The translations under genes were made by a program, and so were the position numbers. Positions 48,056 to 57,984 of a stretch of DNA of 64,000 nt are shown here, piece after piece (the stretch's first letter is position 1; every line of letters starts with the position of its first letter). The stretch is from Corallococcus exiguus (GTDB taxonomy: Bacteria; Myxococcota; Myxococcia; Myxococcales; Myxococcaceae). Below the pieces are notes generated by a model that was given only the letters and a program-made list of their open reading frames with translations, did no database searches and was not told where the DNA came from. The DNA is taken from the NCBI RefSeq assembly GCF_017302975.1, contig NZ_JAFIMT010000003.1. One strand, written 5' to 3'.

Positions 48056-49177
48056 ATGGCTCGAATCCTCGTGGTGGACGACGACGTGCTCATCCTCGCC
48101 GCGCTGTCCCGAATCCTCCAGGCGGAGGGTTACGAGGTCGTGACCCACAGCGACCCGGTGGTGGCGGCGCGGGAGCAGGGATTCGACGTCGTCCTCACGG
48201 ACTTCATGATGCCGTACCTCAACGGCATCGAGCTGTTGTCGGCGCTCCGGGAGAAGAACCCTCGCGCGGTGCGGCTGATGCTGACGGCGGCGGCGGACTT
48301 CAAGACGGCGTCGGAGGCGGTGAACCGGGGCGAGGTCTTCCGCCTGCTGGGCAAGCCGTGGGCGTTGAGCGACCTGACCAGCAGCATCCGGCAGGCCTTC
48401 GAGCACCACCGGCTGGTGGCGACCAACGAGCGGCTGACTCGCGAGGTCGCGGAGAAGAACGCGGAGCTCCTCTCCATCAACGAGGGGTTGGAGCGCCGGG
48501 TCATCGAGCGCACCACGGGCCTGCTGGACGGGCTCATCAGCGCGCTGGACTACCGCGACACGGAGACGCAGTGGCACTCGCGGCGCGTGTCGCTGTACGC
48601 GCGGCGGCTGGCGCAGGAGATCGGCCTCACCGGACCGGCGCTGGACGTGGTGGAACAGGGCGCGCTGCTGCACGACATCGGGAAGATTGGCGTGCGGGAC
48701 TCCATCCTGCTCAAGCCCGGGCCGCTCACGCCGGAGGAGTGGGTGGAGATGAAGCTGCACCCGGAGTTCGGCTACCGGATGCTGGCGAAGATGCCGTACC
48801 TGCACGAGGCGGCGCTCATCGTCCTGCAGCACCAGGAGCGCTGGGACGGCAAGGGCTACCCGCTGGGGCTCAAGGGCGAGGAGATCGTCATCGGGGCGCG
48901 CATCTTCTGCCTCGTGGACACGCTGGACGCCATCACCTCCGACCGGCCCTATCGCAAGGGGCGCCCCATGAGCGTGGCGCGCGACGAGGTCCGCCGCTGC
49001 GCGGGCACGCAGTTCGACCCGATGCTCGCGGAGGCGTTCCTCGGGCTGCCGGAGACGGAGTGGGCCCGCATCCGCCGTGAAGTGGAGACGATGGAGGAGG
49101 CGGAGAGCCACCGCTGGACGGGCGCGAAGCTCAACGCCCAGGGCGAGCCCGTGCCCGCGCGCGCCGCCGGGGCCTGA
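48056..49177 (+). CDS. Response regulator with an HD-GYP c-di-GMP phosphodiesterase output domain
   Basis: It has a REC domain with DDD and the phospho-acceptor D in VVLTDFMMP...KP, and an HD-GYP domain with HDIGK and HQERWDGKGYP. Confidence 0.85.
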   Translation: MARILVVDDDVLILAALSRILQAEGYEVVTHSDPVVAAREQGFDVVLTDFMMPYLNGIELLSALREKNPRAVRLMLTAAADFKTASEAVNRGEVFRLLGKPWALSDLTSSIRQAFEHHRLVATNERLTREVAEKNAELLSINEGLERRVIERTTGLLDGLISALDYRDTETQWHSRRVSLYARRLAQEIGLTGPALDVVEQGALLHDIGKIGVRDSILLKPGPLTPEEWVEMKLHPEFGYRMLAKMPYLHEAALIVLQHQERWDGKGYPLGLKGEEIVIGARIFCLVDTLDAITSDRPYRKGRPMSVARDEVRRCAGTQFDPMLAEAFLGLPETEWARIRREVETMEEAESHRWTGAKLNAQGEPVPARAAGA

Positions 49178-49194
49178 CGCGCGAGGGGCCTGCG

Positions 49195-51291
49195 TCAGGG
49201 GGCGCGGGTGCCGACGATGACCTCGTCGATGACCGTGCCCTCCAGCAGCGCGTCCACCACGTCCAGGCCTTGAGTCACTTCACCAAAGGCCGTGTAGCGG
49301 CCGTCCAGGTGCGGCTGCGGTGAGTGGGTGAAGAAGAACTGGCTGCCGCCGGTGTCCTTGCCCGACAGCGCCATCCCCACGGTGCCCCGCGCATACGGCC
49401 GGCGCGTCATCTCGCAGCGGATGGAGTAGCCGGGGCCGCCCTCCCCGTCTCCGCGCGGGTCTCCGCCCTGCGCGACGAAGTCCGGCACCACGCGGTGGAA
49501 GGTGATGCCCCGGAAGTAGCCCTGCTTCGCGAGCGCCATCAGGTTGCCTCCCGTGAGCGGCGCGTCCGGATCCAACAGGACGGTGATGTCGCCCTTGCGC
49601 GTGCGCAACGTGAGCGTCGTGCCCGGGGGCGCGGCCGGCGGACGGTACGTCTCAGGAGGCAGCTCCACGCGGGCGGAGCGGACCGGCGTGCCCGTGAGTG
49701 ACGTGAGGGACTCGGCCGCGACCCGGCGCACGTTGGCGTGGGGATGGGTCAGCCATTCGCGCAGGCGGGGTTCCGCCGCGCGGCCCTTCAACACGACGAG
49801 CGCGCCGGCCACCGCCTCCGCCAGGTCCGGCTCCTTGGGGACGCGGTCGGCCAGGGCCTCCAGCGCGGGCAGGGCTTCGGCGTCCTTCAGCTTGCCGGCG
49901 GCGGCAGCGGCGAGCCCCGCCACCACCGCGTCCCCTCCTCCGATGAGCGCGCGAATGGGCGCCAGCGCTTCGGGCACGGGGCGTTCAGAGAGTGCGTCCA
50001 GCGCGGCGCCGCGCACGATGGGACTGACGTGGTCCAGGTAGGGCACCGCGAACGCGGCGCCAGTGGGCTGCCCCTTGAACTGCGCCACCTCGTGCAGTCC
50101 CAGCGCGAGCCATCGGGCTTCGGGGACGCGGCCGTAGCCGCACTGGAGCACCTGGTCCAACGCGCCCTGCTGTCGGTCCATTGCCGCCGCGAGCCGGCAG
50201 TCCAGCCAGGCGAGGTCCGCGTGGGCTTCGTCGGACACGGCGGCGCGGTCTGCTTCCGCAAGCGCACTCCTCAGGCGCGACAACACCGGCCGGCCCTGGA
50301 GCGGAAGTCCCTGCTGCGCCACCGCGAGCAACGCGTGGCCCTGCGCCGCCTTCCCCTCCGCCACCTGCTTCGCCCGGTACACCTGGCCTTCCAGCGCGAG
50401 CAGCGGATCACAGGGCGATCCGGCCTCGCACTTCGCGGAGAGCTTCGCCAGCACACGCGCCGCCTCCGCCGACACGCGGGGCGTGGCGTTGCCCAGCGTC
50501 AGGTTCAGCGCCACCCAGTCCCGCGGGCTGCCCACGTCGCCCAGGCCCTTCACGCAGAGGGCCATCACATCCGGATGCCCGATGGCCAGGCAGGAGCGGA
50601 GCGCATCCGCTGCATCCGGCCGCTTCGACGCCGCCAGGAGGTACGCCCCGGCGACGTTCACCTCGCTCCGCAATCGGGGCTTCAGCAGCGCGCGGATCGT
50701 CTCCAGGGGGACGTTCGCCACGGCCGCGGCTCCGGCCTTGCGCGCGGTCACGCCCAGCGCCATCGCCGCGGCCTCGGACCAGGGGCCATCGGCTGGAGAC
50801 AGCCGGGCCGTCAGCACCTCCACCGCACCGGGCGTGGCCAGCTTGCCCAGGGCCTCCAGCAGCGCGATGCGCACCCAGCCGTCGGCTTCCGTGGCCTCCG
50901 CTCGCACCAGCGCTTCCGTGAGCGCCGTCCGTGCATCCTCCGGCAGCGGCTCCCACGACTGCGCCAGCTCACCCGCCGCGAAGGCGGCCTCTTCGCGCAC
51001 GGCCTTGTCCGGCGCCGTCAGCCCGGAGAGGACGGCGTCCAACGTCGCCACGTCCTGGATGCGCGCCAGGGCCCGGAGGGCGCGCACACGCACGGCCACC
51101 TCCGGCGCGGCGGTGACGAGCCGCACCAGGTCACCACCCCCCAGCGAGCGGCGGTCCTCCCAGTCCTGGATCCGCGCGATGACCTGTGAGGGCTCTTCCT
51201 GGGGCGGAGGCACGTCGGGCGTCGGCACCGAGCGGACACAGGCGCTCACGAGGAGGAATCCGGCGGACACTGCGGCGGGCAGGCGGGCCAT
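49195..51291 (-). CDS. Lipoprotein with HEAT/PBS-lyase-like repeats fused to a C-terminal cyclophilin-type peptidyl-prolyl isomerase
   Basis: It has a signal peptide and lipobox LLVSAC, repeated ALRALARIQD / LEALGKLATPGAVEVL HEAT-like units, and a C-terminal cyclophilin signature FHRVVPDFVAQGGDP...GTVGMA...GSQFFFT. The start is taken at MARLPAAV. Confidence 0.75.
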   Translation of the reverse strand: MARLPAAVSAGFLLVSACVRSVPTPDVPPPQEEPSQVIARIQDWEDRRSLGGGDLVRLVTAAPEVAVRVRALRALARIQDVATLDAVLSGLTAPDKAVREEAAFAAGELAQSWEPLPEDARTALTEALVRAEATEADGWVRIALLEALGKLATPGAVEVLTARLSPADGPWSEAAAMALGVTARKAGAAAVANVPLETIRALLKPRLRSEVNVAGAYLLAASKRPDAADALRSCLAIGHPDVMALCVKGLGDVGSPRDWVALNLTLGNATPRVSAEAARVLAKLSAKCEAGSPCDPLLALEGQVYRAKQVAEGKAAQGHALLAVAQQGLPLQGRPVLSRLRSALAEADRAAVSDEAHADLAWLDCRLAAAMDRQQGALDQVLQCGYGRVPEARWLALGLHEVAQFKGQPTGAAFAVPYLDHVSPIVRGAALDALSERPVPEALAPIRALIGGGDAVVAGLAAAAAGKLKDAEALPALEALADRVPKEPDLAEAVAGALVVLKGRAAEPRLREWLTHPHANVRRVAAESLTSLTGTPVRSARVELPPETYRPPAAPPGTTLTLRTRKGDITVLLDPDAPLTGGNLMALAKQGYFRGITFHRVVPDFVAQGGDPRGDGEGGPGYSIRCEMTRRPYARGTVGMALSGKDTGGSQFFFTHSPQPHLDGRYTAFGEVTQGLDVVDALLEGTVIDEVIVGTRAP

Positions 51292-51414
51292 GGCCCGAGG
51301 GGCTAGGTCAATTCCCCGCGAAAATCCAGGGGTTATGGCGCTGAACGGGTTTGACAGCCGCGCGCTGGGGCCGGGAAGATATCGGGCCGTTTCCCCCCTC
51401 ACGGAGCACCGGCC

Positions 51415-52362
51415 CTGAACTGCCCAGGCTGCAATCGCAAGGTCGCGGAAGACACCGCCATCTGCCCCCACTGCGACCACATCATCGACGAGTCCTTCCT
51501 CGGGGGAGCCGGGGATGAGGGGGACTCTGGCGGCGATGACGAGAGCACCGGAGTCCGGCCGCCGCCGCGCTCGCGGCCTCCTCCGGCCCGCGCCGCTCCG
51601 GAGCCTCGCGCACGCCCTGCCCCAGCCCGCGCCAGGACGGGCGCCCGCCCCGCCGCGCCGCCGCCGAGCGACGACGCCACCAACGTGCGGAGCATGGACG
51701 ACATCGCCCGGGAGAAGGCCCAACGTGCCGCTCCTCCAGCCCGGGGCGGTGGCGCCGCCAAGGCCGCTCCCGCCCGTGCGCCGGCCCGCCGCGCCCCGGC
51801 GCCCGCTCCCGTCGACGAGGATGAGGACGACGCCGGCGACGCGGTGGCGGATCCCTGGTCCCGCGAAGCCCGTGAGCTGGAGTCCCCGCGCTCCCCCATC
51901 GACGATCCGGAGGTCCTGCTCGACGACGCGCGCTCGTTCCTGGGCGAGCTGCAAGGCGGCGACCGCATCGCGTTCTGGGGCGCGGCGCTGGTGGTGCTCT
52001 CCTGCTTCATTCCGTGGAAGGAGACGGCGGAGGGCGGCGACTTCCTGGGCCTCATCAGCCTGGGATTCATCTCCTTCATCTTCGCCGTCGCGACCATGGT
52101 GTTCGTGGGCCTGCGGGCGCGTGAGGTGATGACCTGGGTGAACCCCATGCTGCCGTGGGGCGCGCAGATGGTCTGCAGCGTGGTGACCCTCGTCTGGTCG
52201 CTGGTGTTCCTGAAGCTCTCCTCGGACACCACCCTCGTGCCGTCGCCCATGGGCAACGCGGAGATGATGAACTCGTCGCCGAGCATCGGCTGCTTCCTGG
52301 GTATCCTCGGCGGCGTCATCGCGGTGCTGGGCACCCTGATGGGCCTGAAGCGCCAGGAGTAG
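51415..52362 (+). CDS. Zinc-ribbon-containing membrane protein; start codon uncertain
   Basis: The frame is open from 51355. It encodes CPGCNRKVAEDTAICPHCDH (a double CxxC zinc ribbon) at 51421-51480, in frame with a Pro/Ala-rich linker and a 4-TM C-terminal domain. The first in-frame ATG is only at 51685; a possible CTG start at 51415 would give LNCPGC. Confidence 0.5.
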   Translation: MNCPGCNRKVAEDTAICPHCDHIIDESFLGGAGDEGDSGGDDESTGVRPPPRSRPPPARAAPEPRARPAPARARTGARPAAPPPSDDATNVRSMDDIAREKAQRAAPPARGGGAAKAAPARAPARRAPAPAPVDEDEDDAGDAVADPWSREARELESPRSPIDDPEVLLDDARSFLGELQGGDRIAFWGAALVVLSCFIPWKETAEGGDFLGLISLGFISFIFAVATMVFVGLRAREVMTWVNPMLPWGAQMVCSVVTLVWSLVFLKLSSDTTLVPSPMGNAEMMNSSPSIGCFLGILGGVIAVLGTLMGLKRQE

Positions 52363-52418
52363 GCCCGAGGATTTCGCTGCCGCGCCGGACGTGAGGCGGG
52401 CTACCGTCGCCCGCCACC

Positions 52419-53354
52419 ATGTCCGACGCCACGCCCCTCTCCCGCCTCCTCGACGCGCTGGGCTCGGCCGTCGTGGGCCAGCCCCGCGTGCTGGCCGACC
52501 TGGTGACGGCCTTCCTCGCGCGCGGCCACGTGCTGCTGGAGGGCGTACCCGGGGTCGCCAAGACGCTCACCGCGCGCAGCATGGCGGGGGCGCTGGGCCT
52601 GTCCTTCTCCCGCGTGCAGTTCACCCCGGACCTGATGCCCGCGGACATCCTGGGCACCAACGTCTTCCAGCCGCAGGAGCAGACGTTCCGCCTGATGAAG
52701 GGCCCCGTCTTCACGGAGGTCCTGGTCGCGGATGAAATCAACCGCACGCCGCCCAAGACGCAGGCGGCGCTCCTTGAGGCCATGGAGGAGCGGCAGGTCA
52801 CCATCGACGGCGTGACGCACGCGCTGCCGCCGCACTTCTTCGTCGTCGCCACGCAGAACCCGCTGGAGCTGGAGGGCACCTATCCCCTCCCCGAGGCGCA
52901 GTTGGATCGCTTCCTCATGCGCGTGCGCGTGGGCTACCCGGACGGCGACGCCGAAACCTCGCTCCTGCGCGCCTTCCACCAGCGCGAGGGCCGGCCACCC
53001 GCCGTGTCCCGCGTGCTGGACGCCGCCACGCTGACGGAGTTGCAGGACCGCGCCGCGCGCGTCGCGTGTGACGACTCCATCCTCCAGTACGTGGTGCAGC
53101 TCGTGCGCGACACCCGTGCCCATCCCCGCGTGCGGCTGGGCGCGAGCCCCCGCGCGGCGCAGGCCCTGCTCGCGGCGTCCAAGGCGCATGCGGCGCTCCG
53201 GGGCACCGACTTCGTCACTCCGGATGACGTGAAGGCCGTCACGCCCAGCGTCCTCAACCACCGCCTCCTGCTCAAGGCCGAGGCGGAGGTGGAGGGCGTC
53301 ACCGCGGATGACGTGTTGAAGCAGATGCTCGAACGGGTGCGAGTGCCCCGGTGA
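52419..53354 (+). CDS. MoxR-family AAA+ ATPase
   Basis: It has Walker A GVPGVAKT and Walker B LVADEINR, with sensor motifs typical of MoxR. Confidence 0.9.
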   Translation: MSDATPLSRLLDALGSAVVGQPRVLADLVTAFLARGHVLLEGVPGVAKTLTARSMAGALGLSFSRVQFTPDLMPADILGTNVFQPQEQTFRLMKGPVFTEVLVADEINRTPPKTQAALLEAMEERQVTIDGVTHALPPHFFVVATQNPLELEGTYPLPEAQLDRFLMRVRVGYPDGDAETSLLRAFHQREGRPPAVSRVLDAATLTELQDRAARVACDDSILQYVVQLVRDTRAHPRVRLGASPRAAQALLAASKAHAALRGTDFVTPDDVKAVTPSVLNHRLLLKAEAEVEGVTADDVLKQMLERVRVPR

Positions 53355-54676
53355 GCCTCGGGCGCCCCGTCCCCAGCGGCCTCGCCGTGGCGCTGTTCGC
53401 CGGAGCGCTGGTGCCCGCCGCGCTCGCGGTGGCGAGCCCCGCCTTCGGATGGCTGGCGCTCGCGGTGGACGTGGCCGTCCTGCTCCTGTGCGCGGTGGAC
53501 TTCCTGCGCGCGCCGCATGCCCGTGACGTCGACGCGCGCCGCGAGGTGGAGCCCATCCTCTCCTCCGGCGTGGACAACACCGTGCGCTGGGACCTGCGTT
53601 CGCGCACGGACCGGCCCGTGCGCGGTGAGCTGCGCGACGAGCCGCCCCTGGACGTGGAGAGCCACGGCCACCGTCAGCCCTTCACCCTGGAGCCGAACGA
53701 CGCCACTCGGCTGACGTACCGCGTGCACCCTCCCTCCCGGGGCGACGCGCGCTTCGGCGACGTGAACCTGCGCCTGATGGGGCCCCTGGGCCTGTGCTCG
53801 CGGCAGGTGCGGCTGCCCGCGGGCCAGGACGTGAAGGTGTATCCGGACCTGCGCGCCCTCTCTCGCGAGGCGCTGACGCTGGCGCGCGCGTCGGAGGCCG
53901 TGTCCGCGCGCACGCTCCTGCGCAAGTCCGTGGAGGGCCGCGAGTTCGAATCGCTGCGTGAGTACCGCCCCGGCGACGACTACCGGCACATCGACTGGAA
54001 GTCCTCCGCGCGCCACGGCCACACGCTGGTGCGCACGTGGCAGCCGGAGCGCAACCAGCCGGTGCTGCTGCTCCTGGACTGTGGCCGGCACATGGCGGGC
54101 CGGGTGCAGGGACGCCGGAAGTTGGACCACGCGGTGGACGCGGCGCTGCGGCTGGCGCGCGTGAGCCTGGACGCGGGGGACGTCGTGGGCGTGCTCGCGT
54201 TCGCCAGCGACGTGCGCACCTTCCTGCCCCCGCGCAAGGGCGCGGAGCACCTGCGCCTCATCACCGAGTCCCTCTATCGCGCGGAGGCCGGCCTGGAGGA
54301 GAGCGACTACGGCCGCGCGTTCGACTTCGCCTTCGCCCGCCAGACGCGCCGCGCGCTGGTGGTGCTCTTCACCGACCTGGTGGATCCGGACGCGTCCTCC
54401 GCGCTCCTCACGCGCACGCTGGCGCTGCGCCCCCGGCACCTGCCTGTCGTCGCGTCACTGCTGGACGAGGACCTGGAGGCCGCCGCCACCGACGTTCCCG
54501 GCGACGCGACCTCCGCCTACGCGCGGCAGGCCGCCTCCCGCATGGAGTCCGAGTACCGCCGCACCGCCACCACGCTGCGTGACGCGGGGGCGCTGGTGGT
54601 GCGCGCTCCGGCACGCGGCTTCGGCGCCGCTGCACTCAACGTGTACCTGGACGTGAAGGCGCGCGGGCGGCTCTGA
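53351..54676 (+). CDS. DUF58-domain protein (vWA-like), MoxR partner
   Basis: It has N-terminal TM helices and the DUF58 signature EFESLREYRPGDDYRHIDWKSSAR. It overlaps the MoxR gene by 4 nt. Confidence 0.85.
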   Translation: MSLGRPVPSGLAVALFAGALVPAALAVASPAFGWLALAVDVAVLLLCAVDFLRAPHARDVDARREVEPILSSGVDNTVRWDLRSRTDRPVRGELRDEPPLDVESHGHRQPFTLEPNDATRLTYRVHPPSRGDARFGDVNLRLMGPLGLCSRQVRLPAGQDVKVYPDLRALSREALTLARASEAVSARTLLRKSVEGREFESLREYRPGDDYRHIDWKSSARHGHTLVRTWQPERNQPVLLLLDCGRHMAGRVQGRRKLDHAVDAALRLARVSLDAGDVVGVLAFASDVRTFLPPRKGAEHLRLITESLYRAEAGLEESDYGRAFDFAFARQTRRALVVLFTDLVDPDASSALLTRTLALRPRHLPVVASLLDEDLEAAATDVPGDATSAYARQAASRMESEYRRTATTLRDAGALVVRAPARGFGAAALNVYLDVKARGRL

Positions 54677-54810
54677 GCGCCCGCGACGCATTCGTCAAGC
54701 CCTTTGAGACATTCCAACGCTCTCGCGCGCATGTGTCACTTCGCCGAACAGCACGCTTGCCAATCGCGCGGAGGCCGAGTTTTCGGCCTCGGGGAGGACC
54801 CCCTTTACAG

Positions 54811-57639
54811 ATGCGGATCGCTGCCCACAATGGCGCGCCTCAACTGTTCGCGCGCACGCGCGCACGCTCCAAACCGGACGGGAGGCGGGACTTGGCGGAG
54901 GTCGCGAGGGGTTTGAAGCTGGAAGTGGAAGCAGACGCCGCGGCCATCGCGGCCCGTGCCGCGGAGGAGCTGGTGGAGGCGGGGCTGACGCCCTTCCACG
55001 AGCGGCTCCTCGCCGAGGAGTTGCTCGCGCGCAGCGGTGACACGCAGCAGCGGCTGGCGAACGCGCTGGCCGAAGCGAAGGTGGACCTCAACCCGCATCA
55101 GGTCGAAGCGGCGATGTTCGCGCTGGACGCGCTGTCGCGCGGCGGCTGCATGCTCGCGGACGAGGTGGGCCTGGGGAAGACCATCGAGGCGGGCCTCGTC
55201 ATCGCCCAGCTCATGGCGGAGGGAAAGAACCGCATCCTCATCCTCGCCCCCGCCGTGCTGCGCGCGCAGTGGAACGCTGAATTGCGCGAGAAGTTCGACC
55301 TGGACAGCGTCCTCGTCGACGGCCGCGACGTGAAGAAGCACAACAACTGCTTCGATCAGCCCTTCCCCGTCATCTGCTCGCACCCGTTCGCGGCGAACCG
55401 CTCTCCGCTCGTGTCGGAGATTCCGTGGGACCTGATCATCATCGATGAGGCCCACCGGCTCCGGAACGCGCACCGGCCCAACAACAAGACGGGACAGGCG
55501 CTGCGCGCGTCGCTCGCGGGCCGCCCCAAGCTGCTGCTCACCGCCACCCCGCTCCAGAACGACCTGATGGAGCTGTTCGGCCTGATGTCGCTCCTGGACG
55601 AGCAGATTTTGGGCCCCGAGCACGCCTTCCGCAGCCGCTACCGCGCCGACGAGGGCGGCGGCATGACGGAGGCCGCCGCTTGCGAACTCAAGGAGCGGCT
55701 GGCCCCCGTGGTGCAACGCACGCTGCGCCGTCAGGTGCGCGAATACGTCCGCTACACCAACCGCCGCAGCATCGTGGAGGACTTCCTCCCCTCCCCCGAG
55801 GAGCACGACCTCTACGAGAAGGTCAGTGAGTACCTGCAGCGCTCGGAGGCCGCGGCCATCGAGCCGGGCAAGAAGACGCTCCTGACGCTGTGCTACCGCA
55901 AGCTGCTGGCCTCCTCCACGTTCGCCATCGCGCCCACGCTGCGCCGGCTGTCGGAGAACCTGGAGAAGCGCCTGGCGGCCGCGCGGCTGGGACAGCAGGC
56001 CCTGGCGCTCTTCGAGCCGGAAGAGGCCAAGCAGTTCATGGAGGAAGGCGAGGAGTGGTCCGACGACCCCGCCAAGGCACCCCAGGTCCGCACGCTGGAG
56101 CAGGAGGTGTGGGAGCTGCGTCAGTACGCGGACCTCGCGGACTCCATCCGCATCAACGCCAAGGGTGAGGCGCTCAAGCGCGCCCTGGACCGCACCTTCG
56201 CGGTGATGCGCACGCACTCCTGGCCGGAGAAGGCGCTCATCTTCACGGAGTCCAAGCGCACGCAGCAGTACCTCTTCAGGCTGCTGTCGGAGCACGGCTA
56301 CAAGGACAAGATTTCACTCCTGTCCGGCGACGCTGGCGGCACACCCGAGGAGCGCAGGGCGCTGGTGGAGGAGTTCCGCCACAAGACGCAGATCCTCATC
56401 TGCACCGAAGCGGGCGCGGAAGGCCTCAACCTCCAGTTCTGCAACCTGGTGGTGAACTACGACCTGCCGTGGAACCCGCAGCGCGTGGAGCAGCGCATCG
56501 GCCGGTGCCACCGTTACGGCCAGCAGCGCGACGTGCTGGTGGTGAACTTCCTCAACCGGCAGAACGCGGCGGACGCACGCCTGTTCGAGCTGCTGGAGAA
56601 GAAGCTCAACCTCTTCGACGGCGTGTTCGGCGCGTCGGACGAAATCCTGGGCGCGCTGGAGAGCGGCGTCGACTTCGAGCGGCGCGTGCTGGACATCTAC
56701 CAGTCCTGCCGCAACCCGGCGGACATCAACGTCGCCTTCGACAAGCTGCGCGAGGAGCTGGAAGGCAGCATCACCCAGCGCATGACGTCGATGCGCTCCG
56801 TGGTGCTGGAGCGCTTCGACGGCGACGTGCGCCGCCGGCTGCGCGTGGCGGGAGACGCCACCAAGGAGGTCGTGGCCAAGCGCCAGCAGGAGGCGAGGGC
56901 GCTCACCGGCTCCGTGCTGGGCAGCCGCACCTCCGGACGGCTCCAGGTGGCCAAGGCCGCCTACGCGGTGCGCGACCGCACCCAGGACACCGTCAGCTAC
57001 CTGCAGCTGGACGCGGCGGGCCTGCCCTCACGGCTGGCGCGGCTGGCCGGCAGCGAGGGCTGGTGGTTCGTCTACAAGTTCGAGACGACGGGCCTCAAGC
57101 CAGAGGAGAAGCTGGTCCACCTGGTGCTGGTGAAGGACCGGGACGGCGGCTTCCGCGCCCTGCCGCTGACGGACGGCGTCCACTTCACGAAGCTCGACGC
57201 CAAGGAAGAGAAGCGCCGTCAGCCCGCGCCGGTGTCGGTCCAGCTCATGCAAGAGCAGTCGCTCATGACCGCCAAGGATGAGCTGATTCGGGCCGCGGAA
57301 CGGCGCAACGCGTTGGAGCTGGACAAGGCCAAGGAGCGCGCGGACCGCTACGTCGAGGACTGCCTGATGGAGTCCCGCGAGGTGGTGGAGTCCGCCCGTC
57401 AGGCGTGGTTCGACGCGCGCAAGGAAGTCTCCGGCATCGAGGACGTCGCGGAGCGCGCGAAGGCCCGGGCTCACTCGGACCGGCAGGAGCGCGACTACCG
57501 CCGCAAGCTGGCGTCGCTGCGCAACGAGGAGGAGAAGCGCTACGCCTCCAAGGACCGGCAGATGGCGGAGCTGGCCAACAAGGCGCGCGTGACGGAGAAG
57601 CGCACCCTCATCGCGTCCGCGTACTTCTGGCTGTCCTGA
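54811..57639 (+). CDS. SNF2-family helicase (RapA/HepA-like)
   Basis: Its helicase motifs are ADEVGLGKT (I), DEAHRLRN (II), and motifs V/VI TEAGAEGLNLQ...QRIGRCHRYGQ. There is a GGGGAGGA RBS 10 nt upstream of ATG 54811. Confidence 0.85.
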   Translation: MRIAAHNGAPQLFARTRARSKPDGRRDLAEVARGLKLEVEADAAAIAARAAEELVEAGLTPFHERLLAEELLARSGDTQQRLANALAEAKVDLNPHQVEAAMFALDALSRGGCMLADEVGLGKTIEAGLVIAQLMAEGKNRILILAPAVLRAQWNAELREKFDLDSVLVDGRDVKKHNNCFDQPFPVICSHPFAANRSPLVSEIPWDLIIIDEAHRLRNAHRPNNKTGQALRASLAGRPKLLLTATPLQNDLMELFGLMSLLDEQILGPEHAFRSRYRADEGGGMTEAAACELKERLAPVVQRTLRRQVREYVRYTNRRSIVEDFLPSPEEHDLYEKVSEYLQRSEAAAIEPGKKTLLTLCYRKLLASSTFAIAPTLRRLSENLEKRLAAARLGQQALALFEPEEAKQFMEEGEEWSDDPAKAPQVRTLEQEVWELRQYADLADSIRINAKGEALKRALDRTFAVMRTHSWPEKALIFTESKRTQQYLFRLLSEHGYKDKISLLSGDAGGTPEERRALVEEFRHKTQILICTEAGAEGLNLQFCNLVVNYDLPWNPQRVEQRIGRCHRYGQQRDVLVVNFLNRQNAADARLFELLEKKLNLFDGVFGASDEILGALESGVDFERRVLDIYQSCRNPADINVAFDKLREELEGSITQRMTSMRSVVLERFDGDVRRRLRVAGDATKEVVAKRQQEARALTGSVLGSRTSGRLQVAKAAYAVRDRTQDTVSYLQLDAAGLPSRLARLAGSEGWWFVYKFETTGLKPEEKLVHLVLVKDRDGGFRALPLTDGVHFTKLDAKEEKRRQPAPVSVQLMQEQSLMTAKDELIRAAERRNALELDKAKERADRYVEDCLMESREVVESARQAWFDARKEVSGIEDVAERAKARAHSDRQERDYRRKLASLRNEEEKRYASKDRQMAELANKARVTEKRTLIASAYFWLS

Positions 57640-57645
57640 GCCCCG

Positions 57646-57984
57646 TCACAGGGGCTTGAGCCGCACCCACGTCGCGCCCCAGCCTCCGTCCGCTTCGGAG
57701 GCTGTCTGGAAGCCATCCACTTCCGGCAGCGTGGGCAGCAGGGACTGCACGGTGCGCCTCAGCGCGCCCGTCCCCTTGCCGTGGATGATGCGCACGTCGA
57801 GCACACCCTTCTGGCGGCAGGCCCAGAGGTACTCGGTGACGAGGTCCTTCACGTCGCGAGGCTGGAAGAGATGCAGGTCGAGGTTTCCATCGACCGGAAT
57901 TTCTACCGCTCCCAACTCATCGGGCGTGGGCGGCGGCTCCGGACCCTCCGGAGGCAGGGGCGGGAGTGGCTTTCGGCGTGACAC
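57646..57984 (-). CDS. Smr-domain protein
   Basis: It has the Smr signature LDLH...VLDVRIIHGKGTGALRRTVQSLL. The N-terminal part overlaps a small upstream ORF, so the true start may lie further downstream. Confidence 0.7.
   Translation of the reverse strand: MSRRKPLPPLPPEGPEPPPTPDELGAVEIPVDGNLDLHLFQPRDVKDLVTEYLWACRQKGVLDVRIIHGKGTGALRRTVQSLLPTLPEVDGFQTASEADGGWGATWVRLKPL

Noticed and set aside
51515-52129. 204-aa plus-strand ORF overlapping the zinc-ribbon membrane protein gene
   Set aside because: This is an alternative frame of the same region with an Arg/Pro-rich product; the other frame encodes clear zinc-ribbon and TM features.
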